From Candidatus Saccharimonadota bacterium (GTDB taxonomy: Bacteria; Patescibacteriota; Saccharimonadia; Saccharimonadales; UBA10212), in contig JAQGHE010000007.1 in the NCBI GenBank assembly GCA_028288985.1, positions 1 to 24,000 of the forward strand: a DNA stretch of 24,000 nt. The letters run 5' to 3'. How positions within the stretch are numbered: the stretch's first letter is position 1; each line of letters opens with the position of its first letter. Below are positions 15,586 through 23,218 of the stretch, in pieces. The notes beneath the pieces are model-generated. The model ran no database searches. It was given only the letters and a program-made list of their open reading frames with translations, and was not told the origin of the DNA. The translations under genes were made by a program, and so were the position numbers.

Positions 15586-15855
15586 GTTTATTAAAATCCT
15601 TTTAAATTAATAGCAGTATTAGTTATAAGGCCTGTGGACACGGGGGATAATAAATGCGTATCGGGAGAAAAACTAGGCCTGGGGGTGTGTGTAAACCTGT
15701 GGACGATAAGTCGACAAACTGTGACTAGCCTGTGAGAAATTTCACAGAGACTTCTTAAAAATACAACGCTGGCTGTGGTATGTGTGGAGTAAACAGCGCT
15801 TTTTTCAGGCGTTTTCCCGGACTTGTACACGGGCTTTCCACAGAAAGAGGCAGCT
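15586..15855. promoter_or_regulatory. dnaA-dnaN intergenic origin element: DnaA-box-like sites plus an AT-rich candidate unwinding region next to dnaN
   Basis: TGTGGACA at 15633..15640, TGTGGACG at 15698..15705, TGTGGAG at 15783..15789 and CTTTCCACA at 15834..15842, all close variants of TTATCCACA or its complement. The stretch 15586..15628 is strongly AT-rich. Confidence 0.6.
15731..15746. promoter_or_regulatory. Perfect TGTGA-N6-TCACA palindrome (Crp/Fnr-family consensus half-sites)
   Basis: The sequence is TGTGAGAAATTTCACA and extends to CTGTGA...TCACAG (15730..15747). It lies in the dnaA-dnaN intergenic region. Its function is unknown. Confidence 0.3.
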
Positions 15856-17244
15856 TTATGCATAAAGTTTCTCCTTCAACTCATTAACGTATTGATGAAT
15901 AATGCTGTCGTAACTCATCTCTTTTTCGATTTTTTCAATGGAATGGATGGCGGTAGTGTGGTCTTTGCGGCCAAGTTCATGGGCGATCTTCGGGAAGCTG
16001 AGGTGAAGCTCGCTTCGGAGCATATACATGGCGATTTGGCGGGGAACTACTATATCCTTATCGCGTTTAGGGCCCAGGATGTCCTCCATGGAGACGTGGA
16101 AGTGTTTGGCGGTGCGTTCGATGATGTGGCGGGCGCTGATGTGCTTGGGGCGGTTCTTGCTGCCCTCGAACAAGGTGGAAACAATCTGGATGCTGGGTTC
16201 AACGGCCCGCATATCGCAGTAGGCCAGCAGCTGGTTGAGGGCACCCTCCAGCTCGCGGATGTTGCTTTGGACGCGGCTGGCTAAGAACTCCACTACGGCT
16301 GACTCGAGTTCGATATTTTGGGTGGCGGCCTTGGTCTGCAAAATAGCGCAGCGGGTTTCAAAATCAGGGTTTTGCATGTCGATAGTCATACCCCAGGCAA
16401 AGCGGCTGCGCAGGCGCTCTTCCAGCGTAGGAATGTCCTTGGGCTGTTTATCGCTGCTCATAATAATCTGGCGGTTGCCCTGATGAAGGGCGTTGAAGGT
16501 GTGGAAGAATTCCTCCTGGACTCTCTCCTTGCCGGCCAAAAACTGGACGTCATCTACGATTAAAACATCAGCACTGCGGTAGAAGCCGGCAAAGTCGCTG
16601 GTGTTCCTCTTGAAGCGCAGTGCGTCTACAAATTCTTGCACAAACTGCTCAGTAGATATGTAAACTACCTTGGCGCCGGGCCGGGCCGTTAATACGGCAT
16701 TGCCGACGGCTTGTATAAGGTGGGTTTTGCCTATACCGACACCGCCGTAAAGAAATAGGGGGTTATATTTAGTGCCCGGGGCGTTGGCGATAGATTGGCA
16801 AGCGGCGTAGGCCAGTTCGTTGCCGGCCCCAACCACGAAATTATCAAATGTGTACCTCTCATTGATGCCTTGGCGGTAAGTGTGGCTACCCTGGGCTACG
16901 GCCACCTTCGGACGGGTTGCGGTGACGGCCGGCGACGAGCCCTCGCTGCGGGGGTTTCTCAGCACATTGTCGTCATCCTGGCGGGAGGCCGGGCTCATTC
17001 CGGTATGTATTTTGTACTCTACACGGTCAGGTTCTACACCGTTCTTGGCCAGTACCTCTACGATCAGATCGTTGAACTTACGCTCCAGCTGGTTTTTGAC
17101 GAATATATTAGGGACTCCGACGATTACCACCCCGTCCCGGTTACGAATAAGTTGGGTGTTCTTGAACCACGTTACAAAGTTGCCTCTGGATATGCTTAGT
17201 TCAACTTCACCGAGGACTGCCTGCCATAGAGTGGTTTCTTGCAT
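15856..17244 (-). CDS. dnaA: Chromosomal replication initiator protein DnaA
   Basis: N-terminus LWQAVLGEVELSISRGNFVTWFKNTQL, AAA+ Walker A GGVGIGKTHL, Walker B VLIVDDVQFL, and the C-terminal DNA-binding helix-turn-helix HTTAIHSIEKI. Length 462 aa. Confidence 0.97.
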   Translation of the reverse strand: MQETTLWQAVLGEVELSISRGNFVTWFKNTQLIRNRDGVVIVGVPNIFVKNQLERKFNDLIVEVLAKNGVEPDRVEYKIHTGMSPASRQDDDNVLRNPRSEGSSPAVTATRPKVAVAQGSHTYRQGINERYTFDNFVVGAGNELAYAACQSIANAPGTKYNPLFLYGGVGIGKTHLIQAVGNAVLTARPGAKVVYISTEQFVQEFVDALRFKRNTSDFAGFYRSADVLIVDDVQFLAGKERVQEEFFHTFNALHQGNRQIIMSSDKQPKDIPTLEERLRSRFAWGMTIDMQNPDFETRCAILQTKAATQNIELESAVVEFLASRVQSNIRELEGALNQLLAYCDMRAVEPSIQIVSTLFEGSKNRPKHISARHIIERTAKHFHVSMEDILGPKRDKDIVVPRQIAMYMLRSELHLSFPKIAHELGRKDHTTAIHSIEKIEKEMSYDSIIHQYVNELKEKLYA

Positions 17245-17558
17245 TTTTGTAGTTTAAAAGCTCTCTCAACTCGCTTTAATGTGACCCAAAGTTATCCACT
17301 ACTATAAAGCACGAAGGTATAGTTTTTCCACAGCTTCAGCAAAAAACACTACACAGGCATACTAAAAGTCACGCTTAGGTGAATATTTATGCACACCGCA
17401 AGAGGCCATCTGTTAATGTGTGGATAAAACCACCCCTAAAGTGGACAAGTCTGCCGTTTTTTGTGGCTTACCATTGTTTTTTTAACGTAAGCACGACTTT
17501 GTGGTTGCAAAAAGCCGTACTTCGTGACCTGCGGCTAAAAGTTTGCTAAGGTAGAGGG
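17245..17558. promoter_or_regulatory. dnaA-rpmH intergenic DnaA-box cluster (second part of a bipartite oriC, plus divergent promoters)
   Basis: TTATCCACT at 17292..17300, TTTTCCACA at 17324..17332, a perfect TGTGGATAA (complement of TTATCCACA) at 17419..17427, AGTGGACAA at 17440..17448, and weaker TGTGGCTTA at ~17472..17480. Confidence 0.65.
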
Positions 17559-17696
17559 ATGCCTAAAAGAACATACCAGCCTAAGAAAAGACAGCGCAGC
17601 CGGGAACATGGATTCATGAAGCGGATGGCCACCAAGGCCGGCCGGAATGTACTAAAGCGCCGCCGCCTTAAGGGCCGGGCCCGCCTTTCTCACTAG
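17559..17696 (+). CDS. rpmH: 50S ribosomal protein L34 (not in the ORF track because it is under 60 aa)
   Basis: Translates to [45 protein letters not shown], the canonical L34 sequence. It sits directly upstream of rnpA. Confidence 0.93.
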   Translation: MPKRTYQPKKRQRSREHGFMKRMATKAGRNVLKRRRLKGRARLSH

Positions 17697-17797
17697 AAGC
17701 AAGTAATTAGCGATCAGAAATTAGCGTTAAGCGAACCAAGCCCAACAGATTACTGATTTCTATTTCTTAGTTACTACTTCCTAGCTACTATATATAT

Positions 17798-18151
17798 ATG
17801 ATCTCAAGGTTTCATCGTTTCCACGGCTATGGCAGCCTGAAATACGTATACCGAAATGCCAACACGGTGCGCGGGCCGCTGTTTTCAATAAAAAGTGCTC
17901 CCAACCCAAAACGCAACACATACCGGTTTGCAGTCGTTGTTAGCCGTAAGGTTAATAAATCAGCCGTTGCCCGCAATCGGATCCGACGTCGCTTCTATGA
18001 GGCTATGCGCTCCATGGAGGGGCAGGTTAACGGTGCGCCGGACATCGTGCTGACCGTATTTCACGATAGCGTGGGGCAAGAAGATTACCCAAACCTTGTC
18101 CGCCAGCTAAAAAAGCAACTGCGCCAAGCCGGGGCTTTAATTAAGCAGTAG
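17798..18151 (+). CDS. rnpA: Ribonuclease P protein component
   Basis: 117 aa and basic, with the RNR-type motif KSAVARNRIRRRFYEA. It occupies the conserved rpmH-rnpA-yidC position. Confidence 0.9.
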   Translation: MISRFHRFHGYGSLKYVYRNANTVRGPLFSIKSAPNPKRNTYRFAVVVSRKVNKSAVARNRIRRRFYEAMRSMEGQVNGAPDIVLTVFHDSVGQEDYPNLVRQLKKQLRQAGALIKQ

Positions 18152-18174
18152 CCCCTTAGTTTACGCTAAAGGCG

Positions 18175-18183
18175 TGCTATCAT
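18175..18183 (+). promoter_or_regulatory. Candidate extended -10 element TGCTATCAT upstream of yidC
   Basis: The same TGCTAT-N-AT-type motif is seen at 11007..11015 and, on the minus strand, at 20853..20861. It lies 27 nt before the yidC ATG. Confidence 0.35.
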
Positions 18184-18209
18184 AGTCGAGAGAAAGTCTC
18201 TTTATATTT

Positions 18210-19154
18210 ATGTTTACGACAATCATCGTCCAGCCAATCTTTAACCTGCTCGTATTAATAACGGCGCTTATTCCGGGCCATAACTTTGGCCTGGCGATTA
18301 TCATATTCACGATCCTGGTCCGCCTGTTGATGTGGCCGCTCGTCAAGAAGCAGCTGCACCACGCTAAAGCCATGCGGGATCTGCAGCCGGAGCTTAAGAA
18401 AATCAAAGCCGCTGCCGGGGGAGATCGCCAAAAAGAGTACGCCATGAGCATGGAGCTTTATAAGGAGCGAGAAATAAAGCCGATGGCTTCGTTTGGCATC
18501 CTTATCGTCCAGTTGCCGATCCTTATCGGCCTATATAGCGGCATCAGAAAACTGATTAGCGACCCGCACCAGATCATCACCTTCAGCTATCCTGCCTTGC
18601 ACCACCTGCCGTGGATGCAGTCGCTGACACAGGATATACACCGCTTCGATTCGTCACTGTTCGGCCTGGTCAATCTGACAAGGACGGCTTCCGGCCCCCA
18701 CGGCATCTATTGGCCGGCATTGATAATTGTGGCTGCCAGCGCTGCCGCCCAGTATTTGCAGAGCAAGCAGTTGATGCCAAGCAGCAAAGAGGCTCGCAGC
18801 CTTCGTACCATCATGAAAGAAGCTGGCGGCGGCCAAAAAGCCGACCAGACAGAGCTTAATGCCTCTATCAGCCGCTCCACCCTAATCTTTATCCCATTGA
18901 TCGTCTTTACCGTCTCTTTGCATCTGGCCGTAGCCCTGCCGCTTTACTGGCTGGTCAGCAGCACAGTTGCCTATTTCCAGCAGTCGCGCATTTTAGAGCA
19001 GGATGTGACAGAGGCGGAAGAGATAGCCGATAAACCGCTGCTAAAAAAAGAAAAGAGCACCCCCGGCGGCCTAAAGGTTACCCGTACGACTCTCTCCGAT
19101 TCATCAAAAAGCCAAAGCCAGGGTCCTTCTAAAAAAAGGAAGAAGAAGCGATGA
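18210..19154 (+). CDS. yidC: YidC/Oxa1-family membrane protein insertase (short Gram-positive type, no large periplasmic domain)
   Basis: GLAIIIFTILVRLLMWPLVKKQLHHAKAMRDLQPELKKIK is the conserved TM2/amphipathic region. There are multiple TMs and a basic C-terminal tail (KKRKKKR). The gene ends in TGA, overlapping the jag start (ATGA). Confidence 0.9.
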   Translation: MFTTIIVQPIFNLLVLITALIPGHNFGLAIIIFTILVRLLMWPLVKKQLHHAKAMRDLQPELKKIKAAAGGDRQKEYAMSMELYKEREIKPMASFGILIVQLPILIGLYSGIRKLISDPHQIITFSYPALHHLPWMQSLTQDIHRFDSSLFGLVNLTRTASGPHGIYWPALIIVAASAAAQYLQSKQLMPSSKEARSLRTIMKEAGGGQKADQTELNASISRSTLIFIPLIVFTVSLHLAVALPLYWLVSSTVAYFQQSRILEQDVTEAEEIADKPLLKKEKSTPGGLKVTRTTLSDSSKSQSQGPSKKRKKKR

Positions 19155-19690
19155 CCGCAAAAGACGATGAGCAGGATGGGGCAGTCCGTGGGGCGGCGCT
19201 CAACGAGTCCATGGAAGAGGCGATCATGTACGCTAAAAAATACCTGGAAGATCTTTTATCATTTTTCGGCCTGAATACCGACGTCTACGCCACAACGGAG
19301 GATGAGGAGGTGATTGAGCTGGATATCCCTTCAACTCACCTCAACGGGTTTTTGATAGGGCAGAGGGGTGAAACCATGAGGTCCCTGCAGTATATGATCA
19401 GCTCCGCTCTCCGCAGCCAGAATTTTTATCACACAAGGGTTAATGTGGACGTGGCCGGGTACAAGAAGCAAAGAGGCGAGCGTCTGGCGAAGCAGGCTGA
19501 AGACTGGTTCCGCGAAGTACGCGATAGCGGCAAATCAAAAGAGCTGGCTCCGATGAACGCCGCCGATAGAAGGGTAGTGCACAAGGCGGCCACGGACTAT
19601 GGCCTGGAAACAGAATCGGTCGGCTTTGGCCGCGACAGACATATTGTTTTAAAGCCGGCAGATAAAACGACTGCCCCGGACATTGAATAA
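19151..19690 (+). CDS. jag: Jag/KhpB-like RNA-binding protein (KH + R3H domains)
   Basis: KH-like LIGQRGETMRSLQYM and R3H-like PMNAADRRVVHKAATDYGLETESVGFGRDRHIVLKP. It occupies the conserved position after yidC. Confidence 0.85.
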   Translation: MTAKDDEQDGAVRGAALNESMEEAIMYAKKYLEDLLSFFGLNTDVYATTEDEEVIELDIPSTHLNGFLIGQRGETMRSLQYMISSALRSQNFYHTRVNVDVAGYKKQRGERLAKQAEDWFREVRDSGKSKELAPMNAADRRVVHKAATDYGLETESVGFGRDRHIVLKPADKTTAPDIE

Positions 19691-19708
19691 TACTTGACTA
19701 GTTAAGTA
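19691..19708. terminator. Near-perfect palindrome TACTTGACTAGTTAAGTA filling the 19-bp gap between convergent jag and metK (possible bidirectional terminator)
   Basis: A 7-bp stem (one G-U pair) with a 4-nt loop on either strand, and no clear U-tract. Confidence 0.3.
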
Positions 19709-19709
19709 T

Positions 19710-20672
19710 CTAATTAGTGTCCCAGCTGAAGGAATTCCCGAAATGCCCATAACGGGCCGTTTGCTCAAACTGCGGCTTACGCAGGTCTAAATGTTCAATA
19801 ATTCCGTTCGGTGTCAGATCGTAACCCTCTACAACGTAAATTTTATTATCTACTACCACGGTTGCTTCCACCGGTTCGGCGATGCCGATGGCGTAAGCCA
19901 GATAGCAGAACACTTCATGGGCACTATGCTTTTTTAGATAGTCTACGGCTATACGCCGAGCCATATAGGCTGCTGAGCGGTCTACTTTAGTGGCGTCTTT
20001 GCCGGAGAAAGCGCCGCCGCCAATGGGGATCTGTGGGCCGTAATTATCAATTACCAGCTTGCGCCCGGTTAAGCCGCTATCGGCGTCAAAGCCGCCCTGG
20101 GCCCAGTCGCCGGAAGGGTTGGCGTAGATCAGCACGTCTTTGGAATGGACGTAGTCTTTCAGCCAGGTACTTATAGCCTGCTTCAGCTCGGCTGATTTAG
20201 CGTGCTGGAAACTGGCAACTACGGTCTCGATAGAGCCATCCTTTAAAGTAATCTGGGTTTTGCCATCGTGCGGCCAGCGCTTGAAAAGGTGTTGATTGAG
20301 CTGCCGGGCCAGCACAACTTCCAGTGGTAGAAGCTCTTTAGTCTCAGAGGTGGCATAGCCTACCATAATCCCCTGATCGCCGGCACCGCCCTCATTAACG
20401 CCCGAAGCTATTTCCGGGCTTTGATGAACTATTTTCTGGCGTAGGTTAACATCACCGGCTAGCCGCTTCACTATCGGCTCGATATCTATCTGGCCGCTGG
20501 CAGTCACTTCGCCGACCACGAAAACTTCGCCGTGGCCGCCCACAGTTTCTACCGCCACGCGAGCCTGCGGATCGATGGCTAAATAGGCATCAAGTATTGC
20601 GTCCGATATGGTGTCGCAGAGCTTGTCCGGATGCTTAGGCGAAACACTCTCGGCTGTTCTAAATTTTGGCAT
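19710..20672 (-). CDS. metK: S-adenosylmethionine synthetase (compact, 320 aa)
   Basis: ESVSPKHPDKLCDTISDAILDA, GAGDQGIMVGYA and GGGAFSGKDATKVDRSAAYMAR are the hallmark MetK motifs. It is preceded by a SAM-I riboswitch. Confidence 0.93.
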   Translation of the reverse strand: MPKFRTAESVSPKHPDKLCDTISDAILDAYLAIDPQARVAVETVGGHGEVFVVGEVTASGQIDIEPIVKRLAGDVNLRQKIVHQSPEIASGVNEGGAGDQGIMVGYATSETKELLPLEVVLARQLNQHLFKRWPHDGKTQITLKDGSIETVVASFQHAKSAELKQAISTWLKDYVHSKDVLIYANPSGDWAQGGFDADSGLTGRKLVIDNYGPQIPIGGGAFSGKDATKVDRSAAYMARRIAVDYLKKHSAHEVFCYLAYAIGIAEPVEATVVVDNKIYVVEGYDLTPNGIIEHLDLRKPQFEQTARYGHFGNSFSWDTN

Positions 20673-20836
20673 AAAAAATCCCCTTCTTTTTTACCCTTGG
20701 CTCCAGGGACAGAAGAGGCTTTTAACAAGCAGCTTATCTATCCCGGGACTCCGGGCTGGACTTAGCACCCAGCATTACCTGGGTTGCCGGCAGATCAAAG
20801 GGCCATTTCCCTAACTGCTCTCTTGATAATTAAGTT
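20673..20836 (-). promoter_or_regulatory. SAM-I (S-box) riboswitch leader of metK, with an SD-sequestering/terminator-like expression platform
   Basis: The minus strand reads cuuaaUUAUCAAGAGAGCAGUUAGGGAAAUGGCCCUUUGAUCUGCCGGCAACCCAGGUAAUGCUGGGUGCUAAGUCCAGCCCGGAGUCCCGGGAUAGAUAAG. This matches the S-box core blocks UAUCAAGAGAGG..GGGA..GGCCC..GA..CCGGCAACC ... GGUGCUAA.UCCAGC ... AGAUAAG. Downstream, CCUCUUC (20712..20718) can pair with the SD GAAGGGG (20680..20686). A U6 run follows, immediately before the AUG. Confidence 0.88.
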
Positions 20837-20852
20837 TTAATGTACGATTTCA

Positions 20853-20861
20853 AGTATAGCA
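20853..20861 (-). promoter_or_regulatory. Candidate extended -10 promoter TGCTATACT for the metK riboswitch leader
   Basis: The minus strand reads cgTGcTATACTtgaaatcg, about 20 nt upstream of the riboswitch P1 helix, in the gap after the GT4 gene stop (20870). Confidence 0.35.
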
Positions 20862-20869
20862 CGAGCTTT

Positions 20870-21970
20870 TTATGTTTTTTGCTGCAGCACGCTTTTATAA
20901 ACTTCCAAGGTTTGTTTGGCCATATGGTCCCAAGAGTATTTGGACTCTTGGGCTTGACCGTTTTTGACTAGCTTAGATCTTAAATCATCATCATCTATAA
21001 CTTCACTGATCTTAGCGGCCATGTCTTCTACATCCAGCGGATTGAAGTAGTGGGCGGCGTCTCCATAGATTTCCGGCAGGCAGGTAGCGTTACTGGATAC
21101 TACGGGTGCACCTTGGGCCATAGCTTCCAGACCGGGCAGGCCGAAACCCTCAGAAAGAGATGGGAAGATGTAGGCTTCGGTATTTTCATAAAGCCATCTC
21201 AGCTGGCCTTCGGTGACAAAACCCGTAAAGACTACCGAGTTGCTTAAGTTCTTTTTTCCAACCAGGTGCTTAATCCGCTCATAGTTGGCATCGGTTCTGC
21301 CCGCCAAAGCTAGCAGCATCTCCGGCTTTTCTTCTTTCAAAATCGAGAAGGCTTCGATCAGCCGCTCTAGGTTCTTATGAGGTGTTGGCCGACCGATGTA
21401 CATGATAAATTTCTTGCCCGCTAAAGAGTCTACCTGTTTGGGAGATTCACTAATCTTGTCAGCAGCTTCATAGGTAACAACGACTTTATCCGGATTGATC
21501 CCGGTGTATTTCACCACGTCGTCCTTAACGTAATTACTTGGCACAATGACGTGGCTGGATTTTCGGGCCGCGTTTTTTATAACCCGGCGGTAAACTAGCT
21601 GTTTGGTTTTAAAGACGATTATGTTCTTGTCCGGGTTATTGAAGCGAAGGGTGGTTAGATCGTGTATGGTTGTAACTCTCGGGCCGCGATAACGTACGGG
21701 CTGCTGGGTCATGCCAAAATGTACCAGGTCGGCTTTAAGTGCCCGAAGCTGCTTTAAAAATCCTACTTGCTCCTCAAATGTGAACTCACTAAAGTCAGAT
21801 TCTACGGTTTTGAAGTTGGGCGCGACTGATTTTAAAAACTTAACTCGAGCAGGCTTGGTTAGTACGATTATTTCATCCGCGGGTGCAAGGCTATGCAAGT
21901 GTTCTACCAGCTTATCTATATAGCGGCCGGTGCTGGTGCCGGACTCCCGAGCATCGATAACTATTTTCAT
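20870..21970 (-). CDS. GT4-family (group 1) glycosyltransferase
   Basis: The C-terminal Rossmann domain has the E-x7-E motif EGFGLPGLEAMAQGAPVVSS. Length 366 aa; GGAGG SD 8 nt upstream. Confidence 0.85.
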   Translation of the reverse strand: MKIVIDARESGTSTGRYIDKLVEHLHSLAPADEIIVLTKPARVKFLKSVAPNFKTVESDFSEFTFEEQVGFLKQLRALKADLVHFGMTQQPVRYRGPRVTTIHDLTTLRFNNPDKNIIVFKTKQLVYRRVIKNAARKSSHVIVPSNYVKDDVVKYTGINPDKVVVTYEAADKISESPKQVDSLAGKKFIMYIGRPTPHKNLERLIEAFSILKEEKPEMLLALAGRTDANYERIKHLVGKKNLSNSVVFTGFVTEGQLRWLYENTEAYIFPSLSEGFGLPGLEAMAQGAPVVSSNATCLPEIYGDAAHYFNPLDVEDMAAKISEVIDDDDLRSKLVKNGQAQESKYSWDHMAKQTLEVYKSVLQQKT

Positions 21971-22066
21971 AACCCAACCTCCAAGAAAACATCAAACGGT
22001 AAAACTCCTACTTCCATTTCGGATAGTAATGCTGCCAATCCGGACTTTACTGGCTCCCGGCCCTCA

Positions 22067-23218
22067 TCAAAAGCCATTAATCTTACCAGTCACCTTTTTA
22101 AAGCTGGCCATAACATCAAATGCTACACTATCCCAGTTATATTTTTCCAGTTGGCGCCCCATATTATTTTTGATTGCCTGATCATCCCTGAGTACATTTT
22201 CAATGCTTGTAGCAATCGACCCCACATCGTCCTTGTCAAAGTAAGCTGCCGCATTACCGGCAACCTCATGGAAAACAGGGATATCACTGACGGCGGCCGG
22301 GACTCCATAGCTCATAGCCTCAAGTATAGGCATCCCAAAGCCCTCGTAGTGCGAGGGCATTACCAATAGGGAAGCATTTTGATAAAGATATGTACGCGTA
22401 TCATCGCTGACATATCCAGCCACCACAATATTTTCTCCTTCGCCTTGGAGACGCTTTATATTTGCCATGGCTTCTTCGGTCTCCCAACCGTTTCCACCAG
22501 CTAAAACTAGCCCGTACTCATGCTTTAACTGTCGAGGCAGCAAGCTATAGGCCTTCACCAGATTTATAAAATTTTTCCGGGGCTCAAGTGTGCTCATAAA
22601 TAAAATATATTTCTTTGGTAACTCTATATCCTGGGGCCGGGGAGCCTTCTCTTTAATTGGCTCTGCGGGAGGAATCGGAGTTATCAATATATTCTTCGGA
22701 TCTATATTGTAATGTTTTAAAATAGCCTCTTTGGTGCTCTCCGAAATGGTGATAACCACATCGGCTTTTTTAACGGAATGGGGCACAAATCGCTGTAAGA
22801 AACTACGGTTGGCTTCCTGTAAATACTGCGGGAAGTCCTCGAAACATAAGTCGTGAATCACTACAGCCTTTTTTGCTTTTTGGATCATCGGCAGGCTGAC
22901 AAAGTTCGGGAATAAGGCAATATCGCCCCTAGATTTAATGAGAATGTCGAACGGTAGCTGCAAGCCTAAACGCCTAGCAACGCTAAGGACTTTGCCGGGA
23001 AGCAGAACAGAGGTTTTGTATTTAATATTGGGGTGGTCTGGAAGGTCGGGATTCTTTCGGCCAAGAAAATTAAAATAATGCCCAACCAGCATGAGCTCAT
23101 CGGGATAATTTTTGGCAAGAGCGTCTATCAGCTGATAGGTGTAGTAACCCACTCCGGATTTTTGCCCGGCTACCAGAGGATTAGCATCAAACAGGACAGA
23201 TAGCTTTTGCTTATTCAT
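22067..23218 (-). CDS. GT4-family (group 1) glycosyltransferase
   Basis: HYEGFGMPILEAMSYGVPAAVSDIPVFHEVAG (E-x7-E). Length 383 aa. The start overlaps the stop of the upstream GT gene by 8 nt. Confidence 0.85.
   Translation of the reverse strand: MNKQKLSVLFDANPLVAGQKSGVGYYTYQLIDALAKNYPDELMLVGHYFNFLGRKNPDLPDHPNIKYKTSVLLPGKVLSVARRLGLQLPFDILIKSRGDIALFPNFVSLPMIQKAKKAVVIHDLCFEDFPQYLQEANRSFLQRFVPHSVKKADVVITISESTKEAILKHYNIDPKNILITPIPPAEPIKEKAPRPQDIELPKKYILFMSTLEPRKNFINLVKAYSLLPRQLKHEYGLVLAGGNGWETEEAMANIKRLQGEGENIVVAGYVSDDTRTYLYQNASLLVMPSHYEGFGMPILEAMSYGVPAAVSDIPVFHEVAGNAAAYFDKDDVGSIATSIENVLRDDQAIKNNMGRQLEKYNWDSVAFDVMASFKKVTGKINGF

Noticed and set aside
14130-17257. Plus-strand ORFs overlapping recF, dnaN and dnaA (e.g. 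15194..15610, 15823..16284, 16795..17199, 16880..17257)
   Set aside because: The minus-strand genes are unambiguous conserved proteins, so these are antisense artefacts.
17697-17797. Short repeats in the rpmH-rnpA gap (AATTAGCG twice; TTACT three times)
   Set aside because: They are too short and too few to separate from chance in an AT-rich 100-bp spacer, and there is no convincing hairpin or known motif.
20608-20814. 68-aa plus-strand ORF between metK and the GT gene
   Set aside because: It lies antisense to the SAM-I riboswitch, whose conserved RNA motifs explain the sequence. There is no coding signature.
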